A DNA stretch of 62,992 bases, filler included, from Hausera hauseri (Eukaryota): assembly GCA_046269625.1 (NCBI GenBank). It is 9 parts of 9 records of this genome, joined end to end, with 100 filler letters (N's around TTAATTAATTAA, not from the genome) between each part and the next. Parts side by side here need not be neighbours in the genome. Positions count along the whole stretch, not along the records: positions 28,252 to 34,717 come from JBJURY010097765.1; positions 34,818 to 42,892 come from JBJURY010790979.1; positions 42,993 to 47,826 come from JBJURY010420365.1; 6 more parts are not named here. The stretch is one strand, 5' to 3'. Position numbers and translations under genes: made by a program. Position 1 is the first letter of the stretch. Every line of letters starts with the position of its first letter. This document shows, piece by piece, positions 34,480 to 47,926 of this stretch. The notes beneath the pieces were generated by a model. That model ran no database searches and was not told the origin of the DNA. It saw only the letters and a program-made list of their open reading frames with translations.

Positions 34480-36747
34480 CTGAATTATTAAACATTCCTT
34501 TAAAAATACTGTCAGAAGTTTTGAGTGTTACAAACATGTATAAGATGTGCAATTTCACTTGTTAAAATACAAATTACAAAATATCTATCAGATTTTCGTT
34601 GATATTCTTATAGTGTAATAAAAGATTTTCATAATCACACTTGTTTCCAAGATGAGAGGTTCTTATGTTAAATATATTACGTTAATAACCTGGAAAATAA
34701 AAATAGTGGAGTATCACNNNNNNNNNNNNNNNNNNNNNNNNNNNNNNNNNNNNNNNNNNNNTTAATTAATTAANNNNNNNNNNNNNNNNNNNNNNNNNNN
34801 NNNNNNNNNNNNNNNNNTATTCCTATTGGTTTCCTTCCTTCCCGGGGGGGTTGACGCCAAGTCCTCCCTTCCTACTACTAACAAACTAGACGCAGTCTAT
34901 TTCCTAAAATTACTGTGATGGAAAAGAAAAATGCAAAGATTAGAGAAAGAATACAAGTAAGGACGAAACTTTGAATGTTGAAACAAGCCCCAGATGTTTC
35001 TATTATTGAAGTGTAGGTCAATGAAGTTCCAGATGTTTGTGATATATGACAAATTTCATTTTTCGTGGCTTTATGTTGTTTAGATTTAGTATAAATTATA
35101 TCTTAAACGTAATAAATGTTTGTGGTTTTTAGTAATATTTAGTAAAGCTTTTCTATGAGAAATAAAATTCAGTATTGTTTTCATAAATAATTACTTGAAA
35201 CATAGTTTCGCAAATAAGTTTTGTAAATTTGTTTGTAGTTTGAGTTTGAATAAGCGCTAAGTTACGTTTGTATACTAATGTGTATATTTCATATGGTTAT
35301 AAGTAATAATATTAATATACGCATTTGTTATTTCAATAGACACTCACTCAAGAATTACAAGTACCGATTTGGCGAACTGTAAGCAAGTCAGATTTTAGTC
35401 CTACAACTTCAGCAGCTCTAATTATTCTTCGCAAATGATCACGTTTTTGCATTTTTTTATTTAATCTTCTTTTAATAGTTTTCAAATAATTTCTTTTGGT
35501 ATTCGACGTCCTAATTGTTTCACCACTTACTGCAGGTTCTGTAGAATCTCAATCCTGCAATACACATATCAAATCTAAAAATAAATCATAACCATAAGAC
35601 ATCACAACTAGTCAAAGAGGACCAGACAGTCCTTGACTGTTCCACTGTCGATCATAACAACTAGTGTCCAGTCACAACGAGCCAGGAGCACCCGCTAACA
35701 TCCTTCAAACATCATTTAGTATATATTCAACTCTTAATCTCTGCGATAGATGGACCGCGATTTTTCATTCTTTTGAAATTGATTTGGCAATTCGCAACGG
35801 CTTTTGAGCAAGGTTTTCAGTGTTGCGAGATAGATCTCATTCGAATTCTCTTCAACTTTAGGCGGCGTTTGTTTTGATTTCATCGTCATATAATATTGTT
35901 GACTTCCATTCATCTCATTGATTCTAACACAGTAGCGATCCGGAGTTCGTTAACTGATCCCAGTATATCTGACAAACCCCTCTCGGTCAGCCTCAACGAA
36001 CCTGGAACTTCTGTCAAATATTCCGAGCATTCTTCGACATATATTTCTGGTCTATAGCTGTCTCGTTAATAGACCTAGAACCCCTTCTCATCGATCAAGG
36101 ACAAGTAAACACTACAAGCAACATCTTGTTACATCATGCAGTAAGCTAGGATTAATTCCGACCGTGACAACATTCACCATGACAACATTTAGTCATACCT
36201 GCAGTGTGATTTATTCAAAGCCCCGATCGAACGAGAACAATTAATCCACATCTCAAGAAATACCGGGTGAGATTTTAACCATCTAACTATTCAGGTGATT
36301 ATTACGCCATGAGTAACATTTCGTCATATCATTCAGTAAGTTCGTAACAACTTTTACCGAACAAATGAAGGGCGGAAACATATATTATTTCCTTTGAGCG
36401 ACATCTTAGGGAAACACCGGACAGTATCTATACTTGTGAAGTCACGACACTTAGATCTCCATTCCAAAGACCATTTCCGAGTTTCAATAAGTATGTATAT
36501 ACATGGACATTCTATACATTTATGTATGTTAACCACGCACATGCACACATACTGTATTATAAACTTTTTATTCAACTATTTCTCTACCATATACATCCGT
36601 TGAGAACATAAGGAACACTGATAATAATCTCTATTCAAGGAACTATTATCGTTTACTAAACATTATTCATAGCAAATAAGTAACAAAAATGAATGATAAT
36701 TGTTTTGTGGAAATATATGGAAATGGATAATAGTCATTGTTCGATCA

Positions 36748-36861
<114 letters not shown>

Positions 36862-36979
36862 TTACTACTCGTTGGTAGAATGACGTCTGGAAAATGCCTC
36901 ACTCTCTCTCTCAGCCCGGAGGGTTGTGGAGTCAATGAAGGAAGGTCAGATATTGTTAATTCAACACAAGAACTCCAGA

Positions 36980-38878
36980 TTGCTAATTCAAAAAGATGGA
37001 AGAAAATGTTTTGAGTATTTTTTCCCTCTTTTTCGAGGAATAGGATAAACTGCAAAATGTTGATCTACCAGATCGACTCCTACTGTCATATTGCTCTAAC
37101 TAATAACTAATTCTATTGACTGGTTTGTGTGAATTGTCGATAACAAACAAACGTCTCTTTTGTGTCTCCAACGCAATGCAATTATTTTATTTTTCCGGAA
37201 GGCAATTCTTTCCCTCCGGATTAAATTTTTGTGCAAAAGGATGGCGATAGACCTTTTTTATTTTTTTTAATTATCCCATATTTTTGGGACACTAAAAATT
37301 CTGCTAACTGAGAAGTAGGTTTCATTCAAATAAATTATTATTGACCACTTTTTGATTCACACAACGCAAAAATTTTTATGCCAAAACGCGCCATTTTTAT
37401 TGCTACATATTGCCGCCACCCTAAATTTTATTTACTTTTGAATTCCGGTGCGTATTTGCATCGTAGAGTTCATTATTTAATTGGCTATTGTACGCACTAG
37501 AAGTACTAACCTCATTTGAAAGTCACTGGTGGGGATGTCAATTAGTTTCATCACAAATAAATAAAATATACAAATTCATTGTTTATAAATAATCCAAAAA
37601 GGTGCAAAACACTTCACTAAATCACTTTTACCAAAAGAAGAAGTTTGTGCCGTAATTTGGAATCGTTCTGATGGTTGTTCGAAAGGTGGTGCAGATTGAA
37701 GCTCATGCCAGTCCGTCGGATTTATTTGATTTGCAGGTTGGGGTGGTGCATCGTCTGACTCCGTGCCAGTTGAATCTCCCAATATTTCAATGTCGTCATC
37801 TTCTGTTTCGTAGTCACTGCTTTCAATTTCAGTTTCTATCATATGAAAAATACCGTTGTGAACTCGACAAAATTTAAACGTCAATTTGTTTGTGTCATCT
37901 GAAAAACAGAATATACGGCTTGCGGCCATCGGCGTGTAGCACTTTTTTTTAATAAAACCGTAGCATAAAATCAGCCACCCTTGTCAATACCACCCTTATC
38001 CGAAGGATAATTTCCGAACGGTTTTTCAAGTCATTTTCGTCGGTAACATCTTGCTTGTGAAATGTGGACAATAAATAGACAATTTTAGATGGTTTTGATT
38101 TATGCCATCCCTTCAGCAAATTCCTTCGGTATTTCTCTTCTGTTTCCGTTCATTGTACCAACAAGAGTAATATCCTGATCCAAAATATAGTTGCATTCAT
38201 TTCATAACAACATCATGCGCCAATCTTCTTTCAGGCCTGTCTTCTTTTTCAACATACGGAATGAAAAATAACACACAAACCGTTTTTGAATCGCATATTG
38301 CGCAAAATTTAATGCTGCACCGATATTTTCTTGAAAAAACTGATCATCTGTGTTTACAAAGCCGTGAGGAAAGTAACATTTTTGACAGTTGTTCATAGCT
38401 TGCTCCCACACATCACGAATAGCGCAAAATTTGTCATCCTGTTTTCTTCTTGCAGGTGAACATTTATCATAGAATCGCAAATATTGTTCAATGCTCTGAA
38501 ATCTAGTTCGACCTATGGTATCTTGGCCTCTTGCATGCATCAAACCATTATACGCTTTACGTTCATCAACTGTTAGGCTGAAATATTCATCATTTTGAAC
38601 TCCAGATTCTGCTACAGTAAACTGGAGGTTCTGGAGAGGTTCTTATAATCGAATGGCTCAAGAAATACGTCTTCAACATCCTGCGATTCTTGCCAGAATA
38701 AAACGTTTGGGACCACCTTTCTCCCGAACTATATTGTGCATTGGAAATTGATTTTTCTCTTGCGTTGAAGGACAGAAAGTTACTAAACTTCGGATTGTCA
38801 TATTTCGATACGCTAACGCTACAACAATGAAACCATTTAACAGCGGTCAATTGACTGGCATGTTAGTTCCAGGGTTAA
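36980..38878 (-). mobile_element. Decayed or rearranged piggyBac element(s)
   Basis: RTRFQSI..YLRF.D....R...DKF.AIRDVWE....NC..CY.P and RFGIKIFALCES. The minus-strand TTAA-CCCT terminus is at 38878-38871. Confidence 0.78.
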
Positions 38879-39361
38879 GCGGATACACACTCAATCTACT
38901 GTTTATCCATTGAATTCCGTGTGTGACAGAAGGGTCATTATTTTTCCACTTATCGTTTAAAGTCAATAAACGAACCCAAACCTTCGTCTAAAATGTAATG
39001 CCAAGACCATCATATTGACTATTCTGCACTTTACCGTATATTCCAATAAATTGTGGAGAGCATTTAATGTGAACAAAAATATCTGAAATTTTATTGAACT
39101 CTGACTATGGCAATTAGTACTACGACTTGAGGTAAAACTCAAACGACTTGCTCTATTGTCTCCGAAGACAAAATCATTAACCTGTTTACCGAATCAATGC
39201 ATAAATTACATATAATTATTTATTTTCTCTTCCTGATTGCTTTTGACGGCACATATATTCGACTTCCTTTACAGTTCTATGGGAAATAAATGTTTGTTTT
39301 TTGGAGCATTATTTTCTGTTTAAATAATAATCGATTTGTACTTGTAATAATAATAATAATG

Positions 39362-40115
39362 TACAGGGTTCGGCCGAAGTTTTATCGCGTTTTTTGCACA
39401 AATTTCCCCGCTCTTAAAATTAGCAGATTTTTATATGAAACATGTTTCTAATGCGGTTTTCCGTCCTCTTTCGAACAGTATATAACATGTATTGTTAATT
39501 GTTAGCAATACGAGTCTGCTCATTTACAAGCGGGACAGTCGAAGGCTGCCATATCGAGAAGGTTCAAAATCAGCATAAGGATTGTTTAACGACTTTCAAA
39601 GCAGTTGAAGGAGGCCAGAAAATCACGAAGACCTCGAACCGTGAACACTGTTCGGATGTGGAAAACTATCAAACAGCGAATCGATCGTGATGACGAAAGA
39701 AGCTTGAATCAAAAAAGAATAATTCCTTAGTGATGCGTCGAAAGAAAATCGACTTCAGAAATGCAATCGTCGCCTTCAATATTTCAAGACGGTACGTTTT
39801 GAGGATATCATGTGGTCTGATGAAAAAATTTTTACACTCAAAGTGGCTCACACCGGTCCAGAAGAACACGTTAAAGCGAAAAATTCGTACAAAGTGGTTC
39901 TCGAGAAAGTTGTGATCCCTTGGAAGAGAAAAACCTTTCGATGATTTTTCAACAGGATTTGGCGCTTCCCATGGTATAAAATCGACAATGGCTCTGATGC
40001 GACAAAAATTGCCCTCCAATTTCACGAAAGAAGATTGGCCTAGCAATTTGCCAGACCTCAACCTATTGGATTTTTCGATACGGGGCTGCTTCGAGGAAAG
40101 TCCGAGGTGCAAGGA
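39362..40115 (+). mobile_element. Tc1/mariner (maT-like) remnant
   Basis: TA-CAGGG start, WSDEKIF, QQD, and WPSNLPDLNLLDFSI.G across frames. Confidence 0.7.
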
Positions 40116-42992
40116 AATTACTAATTAATAACAATAATAATAATGTATCTACATGAATTGTTTAAATAAAACTAGAAAAAATTTTCAGTAATGAAGGAAA
40201 TGATTGTAGACAAAATGTATATCCCAGTCTCTATCACAGCGCATATATAATGTATCAGAACAGAGTCTGTTATTAGTTATTATGTCCGGTTGTTTTAATG
40301 ATATGCTCATGTCGATTTTATTATTCATCTAGGCAATTCTCACCTACATTATTTATACGAATATGTATAAAATTCGAGTGGTAAACAGAATCGTAAATTA
40401 TCTACCTTCCATATATGAAAAAAGTATGGATAATACATTTGCATCACTGCAGTTCATTGTGTAAATTGCCTTAGTAACGAACTGATACATGTTCGCTTCT
40501 CCAAATATTATTGTCTTATTTTCTGAACAAATGCTTGGGATTGTTTTTTGGATTTTCCGTGTTTAACTTTTTTCAATCTTTTTCTGGTTTTAGAATAGAA
40601 TTCATTTTTTCGTTCATTTCATTGTAACTGAGTTTTTCATATTGGTAAATTTTTCATGGTAACAATGATGCAGAAATGGGCAGGGCGAATATGATGCTTA
40701 TGATGGATAACGTAAATAATGAACAATAGTTAGGTTCAACGTTTTTTCCTTCATAAAATTCGATTTATTCGATTCAATTAAATGTTTGTAAATGTTATTA
40801 AAAATTTGCATTTCATGTCTATAAATGTCCCATAAAATAGACTGAGGGCAGAATATTTCAGACTGTCGAATGAAGTTCATTCCGAGTAAATTAGTTTTTT
40901 TTGCAGCCGAAATCAAGTTGAGTAGTGGAACACACTTCGTCTTTTGGTGTTCTCTTCAACACTCTCTTTGATGTAGTCATGTCTAAACGCTTTTTCGTTT
41001 CAAACTCGAATGTCAGAAACTACTCCGAACGGACGTCTCTTGGCATAGTATGGTTCAATTTGAAATATCTGGCACAATATGGGGTGGGTGTCATTAATGA
41101 TGAGTAATAAATTCAATAGACAAATTTCGAATGTTACAGCACTTTGACACCTATTCAATCATTCCGTTTCGAATATCCACAAGAATTCGTTTTTGGATAA
41201 TGCTCATTTAGCACGATTTATGTTAAAATAAAAATTATTCATCTAAAAGTCGAATGTATTTCTTCAAAAATGTGCTGACACATCTCAGGGCTAAACTCCT
41301 TGCACCATACTTTCTGAACAGCAACAGTGAGGTCAGCGTACCCAACACTTCGATGTTCCCTAACGCCAGCCAGGTCTTAACAGTTTTTACTTGATGGCAT
41401 GGTGCTTCTCTTCTTCTTCATGCTCTTCTATCTTCACAAAGGACAAAGCACAAGAGTTATTGGTATTTCACTCTATTCAAATCTCCAATAAATAATTTAG
41501 TTTAGTGATACGGCCGAAAAACTAATTACTTATGAGCTCACTTAAGAGAAACCTCGCCAAAAGGAAATCTTAGCACCAAAGCTTCTATTTAGTTATCCGT
41601 CACTGACAACAAAGTGTGGCAATCCACGGATAGTTCACCATTAGTTACTAACAATTTATTTAGTTATCAAAGATTTTAGAGCTCTTTTAAATGACAATTT
41701 AAGTATATAAAAATATATAGAATAGGTGTGACCCACTTGTTTGTTGTTTTTATGTCGACATCGAAGAGGTTCAAATCAAAACTTTATTCGCATATACAAA
41801 TTTTATTCTATAACGTGTCATGCGAGTGTAGTATCTTGTTTTAGTGCAATAAGCTTTTTGCGTGCGTATGATGAAACATACAGCATATATATATATATAT
41901 ATCAATAATCAGTAGAAAAAGTTTAATTAATTTCAGATGTCTCCAAACAATAGCCATTCCCATACAACCGCGCAACGAAAGGAGCTCAAAGAAAACAAGC
42001 AACAAACTGCTAATTTCAAAAAGCAATCGAGTCATTGCAATAAAAAGGAGAATCTAATTATCCCCAACACTTCCATGGCTTAATTCAGCCTGCTCGGATA
42101 TAAACTATTAATTTATTTTGTTATTTTTGTTCCAATTTTATTTTTGATGAGGTTGAGTCAGTAAGATAAACAGTAGAGTAACAATTTGATACAATGTTCT
42201 CGTTTGGCAATAACTATATAATCAAAAACGATGATAAATTATATCATTTGATAAGTTTGAGATTCAAAGGAAGTTTGGGTCCTCGTAACCCTAAACTTAT
42301 ACTTTTTACTTAATTCAGATATAGCCTAGAATTTTTCCTTCCTCTAAGGCTGTGAGTTTATTATTTGTTCTTAAAAGCAGCCTGTGGGGCCTGCTTATAG
42401 TTTCAATTATTCTTAGTGTGAATACTGTTCAGGAGGTACACTGACGGTTTTATTCCCTTTATTTTATTGGGATTTTAGTGATCGATTTCTTAATACCGGT
42501 TGAAAATCGGGACCTTTTCATCAATCTAATTAAACTTAAAATAAAACTTCTTAATTAATATTACACTACAATTAAAAATGAGGAAAAAGATAAAAGTTTA
42601 ATGAACATTAAAATGAGACCATAAGAATACCAAAAAAACAAGAATAAAATACCTTACGCGAAAACCTCGACATAATGGCGATTCTAAAAATTATTTTACT
42701 ATGTGCGTCCTTTACCCGAAAAGATCACTATATATATATACACATTCAGGGGTGGCAAGGAAATTACAGACAATTGAAAAATGATAAGAAAATGAATCGG
42801 ATAAATAAAAGTAATTATAAATCGTGCAAAATAAAATTCCGAAGTAAATCAAATAAATGAAGAATAATCGTCATAAATCGTGTACATATAATNNNNNNNN
42901 NNNNNNNNNNNNNNNNNNNNNNNNNNNNNNNNNNNNTTAATTAATTAANNNNNNNNNNNNNNNNNNNNNNNNNNNNNNNNNNNNNNNNNNNN

Positions 42993-44253
42993 ACAAGTAT
43001 TCAGCACAAATTATGAAAATTATTTTATATCAGAAAAGGAGATCATACAGGCAGATAACTTGCCAGTCAATAAAGTCCAATTAGTGAACATCGCTGATTA
43101 TATCGTCAATAGAGATGACTTCTTATTTTATCTCACCCACAAAACGATAGAAGAAGTGTATTCCGAAACAATACAAAATTTTTGTAAGGTAAATTTTGAG
43201 ACATTAAGGAATCGACTGGCTATCTATGCTTCAAACCCGGAAATGATAACAATAACATTACCATTCGGTGAAGGAATTCAGGGCAGAGTCTTAGGAGAAG
43301 TGTTGTTTACCTACAAATGTAAGAGAATAAAGTTACCATTAGTTACTGGTACCCCATGTTACTCAGAAATACCAGTTAAGTATAAAGATGAAACTCGGTG
43401 TGTTCAACCAATAACTAGAGTATTATTGGCACCACACACTATACCAACAAAAATTCAAAATTGTACAGCAATGAACAAGCCATTTATCAAATACGATAAT
43501 TAAGACTTGTAGGTTAGACTACCTGACAGAGACAGAGTAAAGGAAAAACCCAAGAAATTAACAATGACTAATCTTCGACATGCTATCGAAACGAACATGT
43601 TTACTGATGTATCAAAGTCAGCATTGTATGATAAAAAAGAAATCGACTCATTTGTAAAATTTTTGGCATATCCAGGACATCAAGAACAGGTGGTAAATAG
43701 AGGAATACATAGAGTAATTGATGATTCTGTTGGATAAGGAAAATGGAATCGACTGTGGACACCCAATACTTATACAAAAATAGTTTCCAGTTTATGGCAC
43801 AAAATGTGGGGTGGATTTCTAAAATTTGGACAAGTGGCCTTAGGATTTCTTGCCATTTATTTCATCATGCAAACTTTGAAAGTCTGTATCAATTCTGTAC
43901 TGAATGCCTATGAAATTTATAACCTGACTGTGTTATCATTGAACATAATCCGTTCTCTATTTTCCCCTCTAGGCAAATTTATTAAAGCATACCATGAGAA
44001 ACAATGGCGAGGGAAATTAGAAAAACATGTGGACTATAAGACGGACAAACCAATATTGAAAGATACCTCATCAAGTTCAGATGACAATTCCCCAGGAAAT
44101 TACTCAAAACCAGGGATGTCAAAGAAAAAGAAACGAGAATTAAAGGGTAATCGCAATATATCAGATGCACCATATGAAAGTAAAAAGTTACCAAATCTAC
44201 CTGACCTAAATGATCCATCTGCAAAAAAGAGAAGATTACGTACGGTTAGGTAA
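42993..44253 (+). pseudogene. Chuvirus-like class III glycoprotein, C-terminal half with TM anchor and basic tail
   Basis: VY......FC......L.N.L.I...NP......GEG......GEV...YKC.........CYSEIPV.Y......QPITRVL, then WGGFLKFGQVALGFLAIYFI...LKV.IN..LNAY.IY. Confidence 0.8.
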
Positions 44254-44689
44254 AATTCCTAAATATTCACAAGAGGAAATATTACACTCCATTATTACTC
44301 AGAGTATGGAAAGAAACCGAATATCTTTTCCAACGTCTTCCAAATTGGGTGCAATACCACCTATACCCTATTATCGAATAAAGACAATAAAACCAACGGA
44401 TGACCTCAACCCTGACCAAGCAAATGATAAAAAGTCACATTATCTGATTTCCACGGTAGGGCCCAGTGATACACATCAAAGCATAAAACAACTCATCAGT
44501 TGCTATCTAGACTTAACAACATACAAACAGCAACCAAAAGACCCGGAAAACGATACGCAATCATTAGACAGTCTAACGATTATATTATCTAATGGAACCA
44601 AAAATGTCTGTGCCGCCAGTTATACTCTGATGGAACTACACAGCCGATCATAATGACGTACTAACCTTTCTCGAATTGATAATAGATAA

Positions 44690-47600
44690 TTGACGTCATA
44701 CGATGGTTCACTTTGGCACATTTGATATAAACGCAATGGCAGATACAAGAGCCAGTGTTTCATTAATTGAAAAACATGCGATACCAAACGAATATCAGTC
44801 ACAAATAAAATTGGCCTCTAAGGCATGTATGGGTACGACTTCAGCTTTTTAGCAGTGCTTAAAACCATATGGGTATTGGAAATGCGAACCTATAATTTGT
44901 GGTAAAATACTAAAAGTGACTTTATATGTGATGGCAACTCTAGATCCCCGATGTATTTTAGGAATGAATGTATTAAGAAATGTGGAAGGATTTCACATAA
45001 ACTTGCAGTCGAGATCGCTTTGTCCAAATAATGAGGATATTCCAGATAAATACGATAAAACGGACACTTGGATAGGACATTTAGAGAACATACCACCTAA
45101 TTCTAGGATGGTCATACACTCTAGAACAATGTTTCCAGATAATAAAATAATTGAATTTATACCACGGACATTTCAAAATTGATTGTTGTTACCACATTAC
45201 TGTGTCAATGTAAATGGAGGAATAATTCCCATTGAAGTCTTGAATTTATCCCTAAATACATCACAATATTTGCAAAAATGAAATGGGGTCAAGCGTATGA
45301 AACTCTCCGTCAACCTGAATATGACAATAAAATCGCAGTAATCACCATAGATAAGGAAAATGAAGCAGATGATATATTCAATGTTGTTCTTACTAAAGCA
45401 AAGAAAAAGCTATCTGTGGAATACCTTGAAAACTTTTCAGATCTCATCCGTGAATACACTGATATATTTGCCAAAAGTGAAACGAACATTGGACGAACTG
45501 ACTTAATCGAGTTCAAGTTAGCATTCATGATGGATCCTCAAACTGGAAAGGAAACAGACTTACTCCGACAGCCAATACCAAAATGGTACCCACCTCCAAA
45601 ATCACTTCAAAAGGAAATTGAGGAGCAAATACAAGCCATGCTAGAAAAAGGCATCATTGAACCAAGTCAATCGCCATGGCCATTGCCTATAGTTATGGCA
45701 AAGAAAGCCAATACTACGAAACACACCGTTTATGTGTAAATTATGTTACACTGAACAAACATCTCGCAAATCATGCTTACCCAATGCCACGAATACGAGA
45801 TATTATTGACGAGTTAAAAGGATGCAAGTACTTTACCACTTTGGATCTACAAAGTGGATTTGGGCAGATTCCAGTAGCCGAAAAGGATCGTTGGAAGACT
45901 GCATTCAAGACACATGCAGGCGTTTATCAATTCACTCCTATGCAATTCGGACTAAAAACAGCACCTACATTTTTCCAGGAATTTATTAGACTTGTCTTAA
46001 AAGGGGTACGTGGACTATCATGCATAGGCAATATTTTAATAGCGTCAAAAACATGGTCGGCACACTTAGTCGAATTGCGAGAAGCATTCGACCGAATCAG
46101 AATGGCTAAATTGAAACTAAACCCAAAAAATACGAATGGTGCAAAACTGAAGTCAGATATCTTGGATTTGTTGTCTCAAACCAAGGTATATCAACCAGTC
46201 CAGATTTAATATCCCAAATCCCGGAATATCCCCCACCAACCAACGTACCTGAGATGCGAGCTAGGTTAGGATTAGGAGGATTCTATGCTACGTTTATTGA
46301 AAACTTTGTGGAAATTAATCAACCTCAGTATAAAGTACTTAGAAAGGATCAAAAATGGGAATGGACGGAAGAAAACCCAAAGGCATTTAACGAAATAAAA
46401 AGACGCTTAGTATCAGCACCCATACTACGATATCCGGATTTTTCACTTCCATTGATCTTGAAAACCGAGGCTAGTATCAAAGCTATTAGCTACATTTTGG
46501 CACAACAGTGTCCAGAAGAGACAACTGAGCATTGTATTGCATATGGAGGACGACGTTTAAATAAGGCAGAAAGGAAATATTCTACCAAGGAATTAGAATT
46601 ATTAGCAATACGCGACGGATTGCGACATTATGAATATTACGTCTATGGTCATAAAGTTATAATATTTACGGACCATAAAGCACTGCTCTCTTTGCGTTCA
46701 AACAATAGACACGTATCAAGTCGACTCCAAATATGAAAGTTAGAGCTTCTGAATTATGATATTGAATATCGATATCAACCAGGAAAGGATAATGGAGACG
46801 CAAATTCAATCACTAGATTACCTTACGAAAATATAGTTGCTGCAGTTTATAAACCACAAGACAGAGAAGAATATAAACAATTAAATGAGAAAATTATTAA
46901 TGATATGTTACAGGAACAGAGACAAATACAAGTTCAAAATATTGAAACTTTACAAAATCAAGATCCATTTATAGTCCAAGTCAAACACTTAATAAATGGT
47001 CATATGGACGATCAAGTATAAAGTCACACTCAGAAATTTTACGAATAATATAAGGAACAATTAGACATTAAAAATGGAATACTAAAACTTAAAGTTGGTG
47101 AAAGAAAGCTAATCATTGTACTCAATTCAGAAATCAAAACAGTTATGCTTCAAGAACATGATTCACACCTGGCGAGACATCCGTCGTTAAACAAGACTTT
47201 GAAACGCATCGTTACTAAATATTATTGGCCGCAAATGAACAAATATATTGAAGGGTGGGTACGTTCTTGCAAAATGTGTGCTACTAGGGACATTAGAGGA
47301 TTTCGTGTAAAATCCCTTTTGGGAAGCCTTCCAGAAGCACGACAACCTATGGAAGTTTGTTCGATGGACATTTCGGGACCGTTTCCAGTATCTGAATCGG
47401 GATACAAATACATTTTGTCACTTGTTGATTACTATTCTAAATATGTTGTTCTAATACCTTTGAAAAATATGACCAGTCATACAGTAGCCAAAGCATTCTT
47501 TTACGATGTTGTAGCCGTATTAGGCAGACATATAAAGTTATTGACTGACCGCGCACCATATTTTATTAGTGAATTCTTCGACAAATTATCAAAGATATTC

Positions 47601-47826
47601 CAATGTAAACATCTATTGACAATATCCTACCATCCGCAATGTAATGTTATGGTCGAACGAATGAATCGGACCATTCAAGGTATCTTATCAACAAAGGTTT
47701 CACATGACCAAAAGGACTGGCACCTACATCTTAAAACAACGGTCTTTGCAATTAATACTACGCCTACGAAAGGTACTAACCATTCGCCATTTGAACTGAT
47801 GTTTGGCCGCCTACCACTTCTACCAT
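44690..47826 (+). pseudogene. Gypsy Pol: protease, RT, RNase H, integrase
   Basis: ADTRASVSLI and ILGMNVL (PR). GIIEPSQSPW, FTTLDLQSGF.QI, FGLKTAP, with YxDD decayed to CIGN (RT). TEAS, YST.ELELLAI, FTDHKAL (RH). H....H...C..C, DISGP, TDR, YHPQCN.MVER (IN). Confidence 0.95.
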
Positions 47827-47926
47827 NNNNNNNNNNNNNNNNNNNNNNNNNNNNNNNNNNNNNNNNNNNNTTAATTAATTAANNNNNNNNNNNNNNNNNN
47901 NNNNNNNNNNNNNNNNNNNNNNNNNN

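Larger units (their letters stand above)
42993..47826 (+). mobile_element. Central part of a Gypsy-type element: glycoprotein C-half directly upstream of pol
   Basis: Co-oriented, abutting or overlapping ORF pieces with no LTR or UTR-like gap. Confidence 0.85.

Noticed and set aside
40400-41400. Possible decayed minus-strand ORF and a Tc1-like snippet near 41280-41340
   Set aside because: No diagnostic motif could be assembled.
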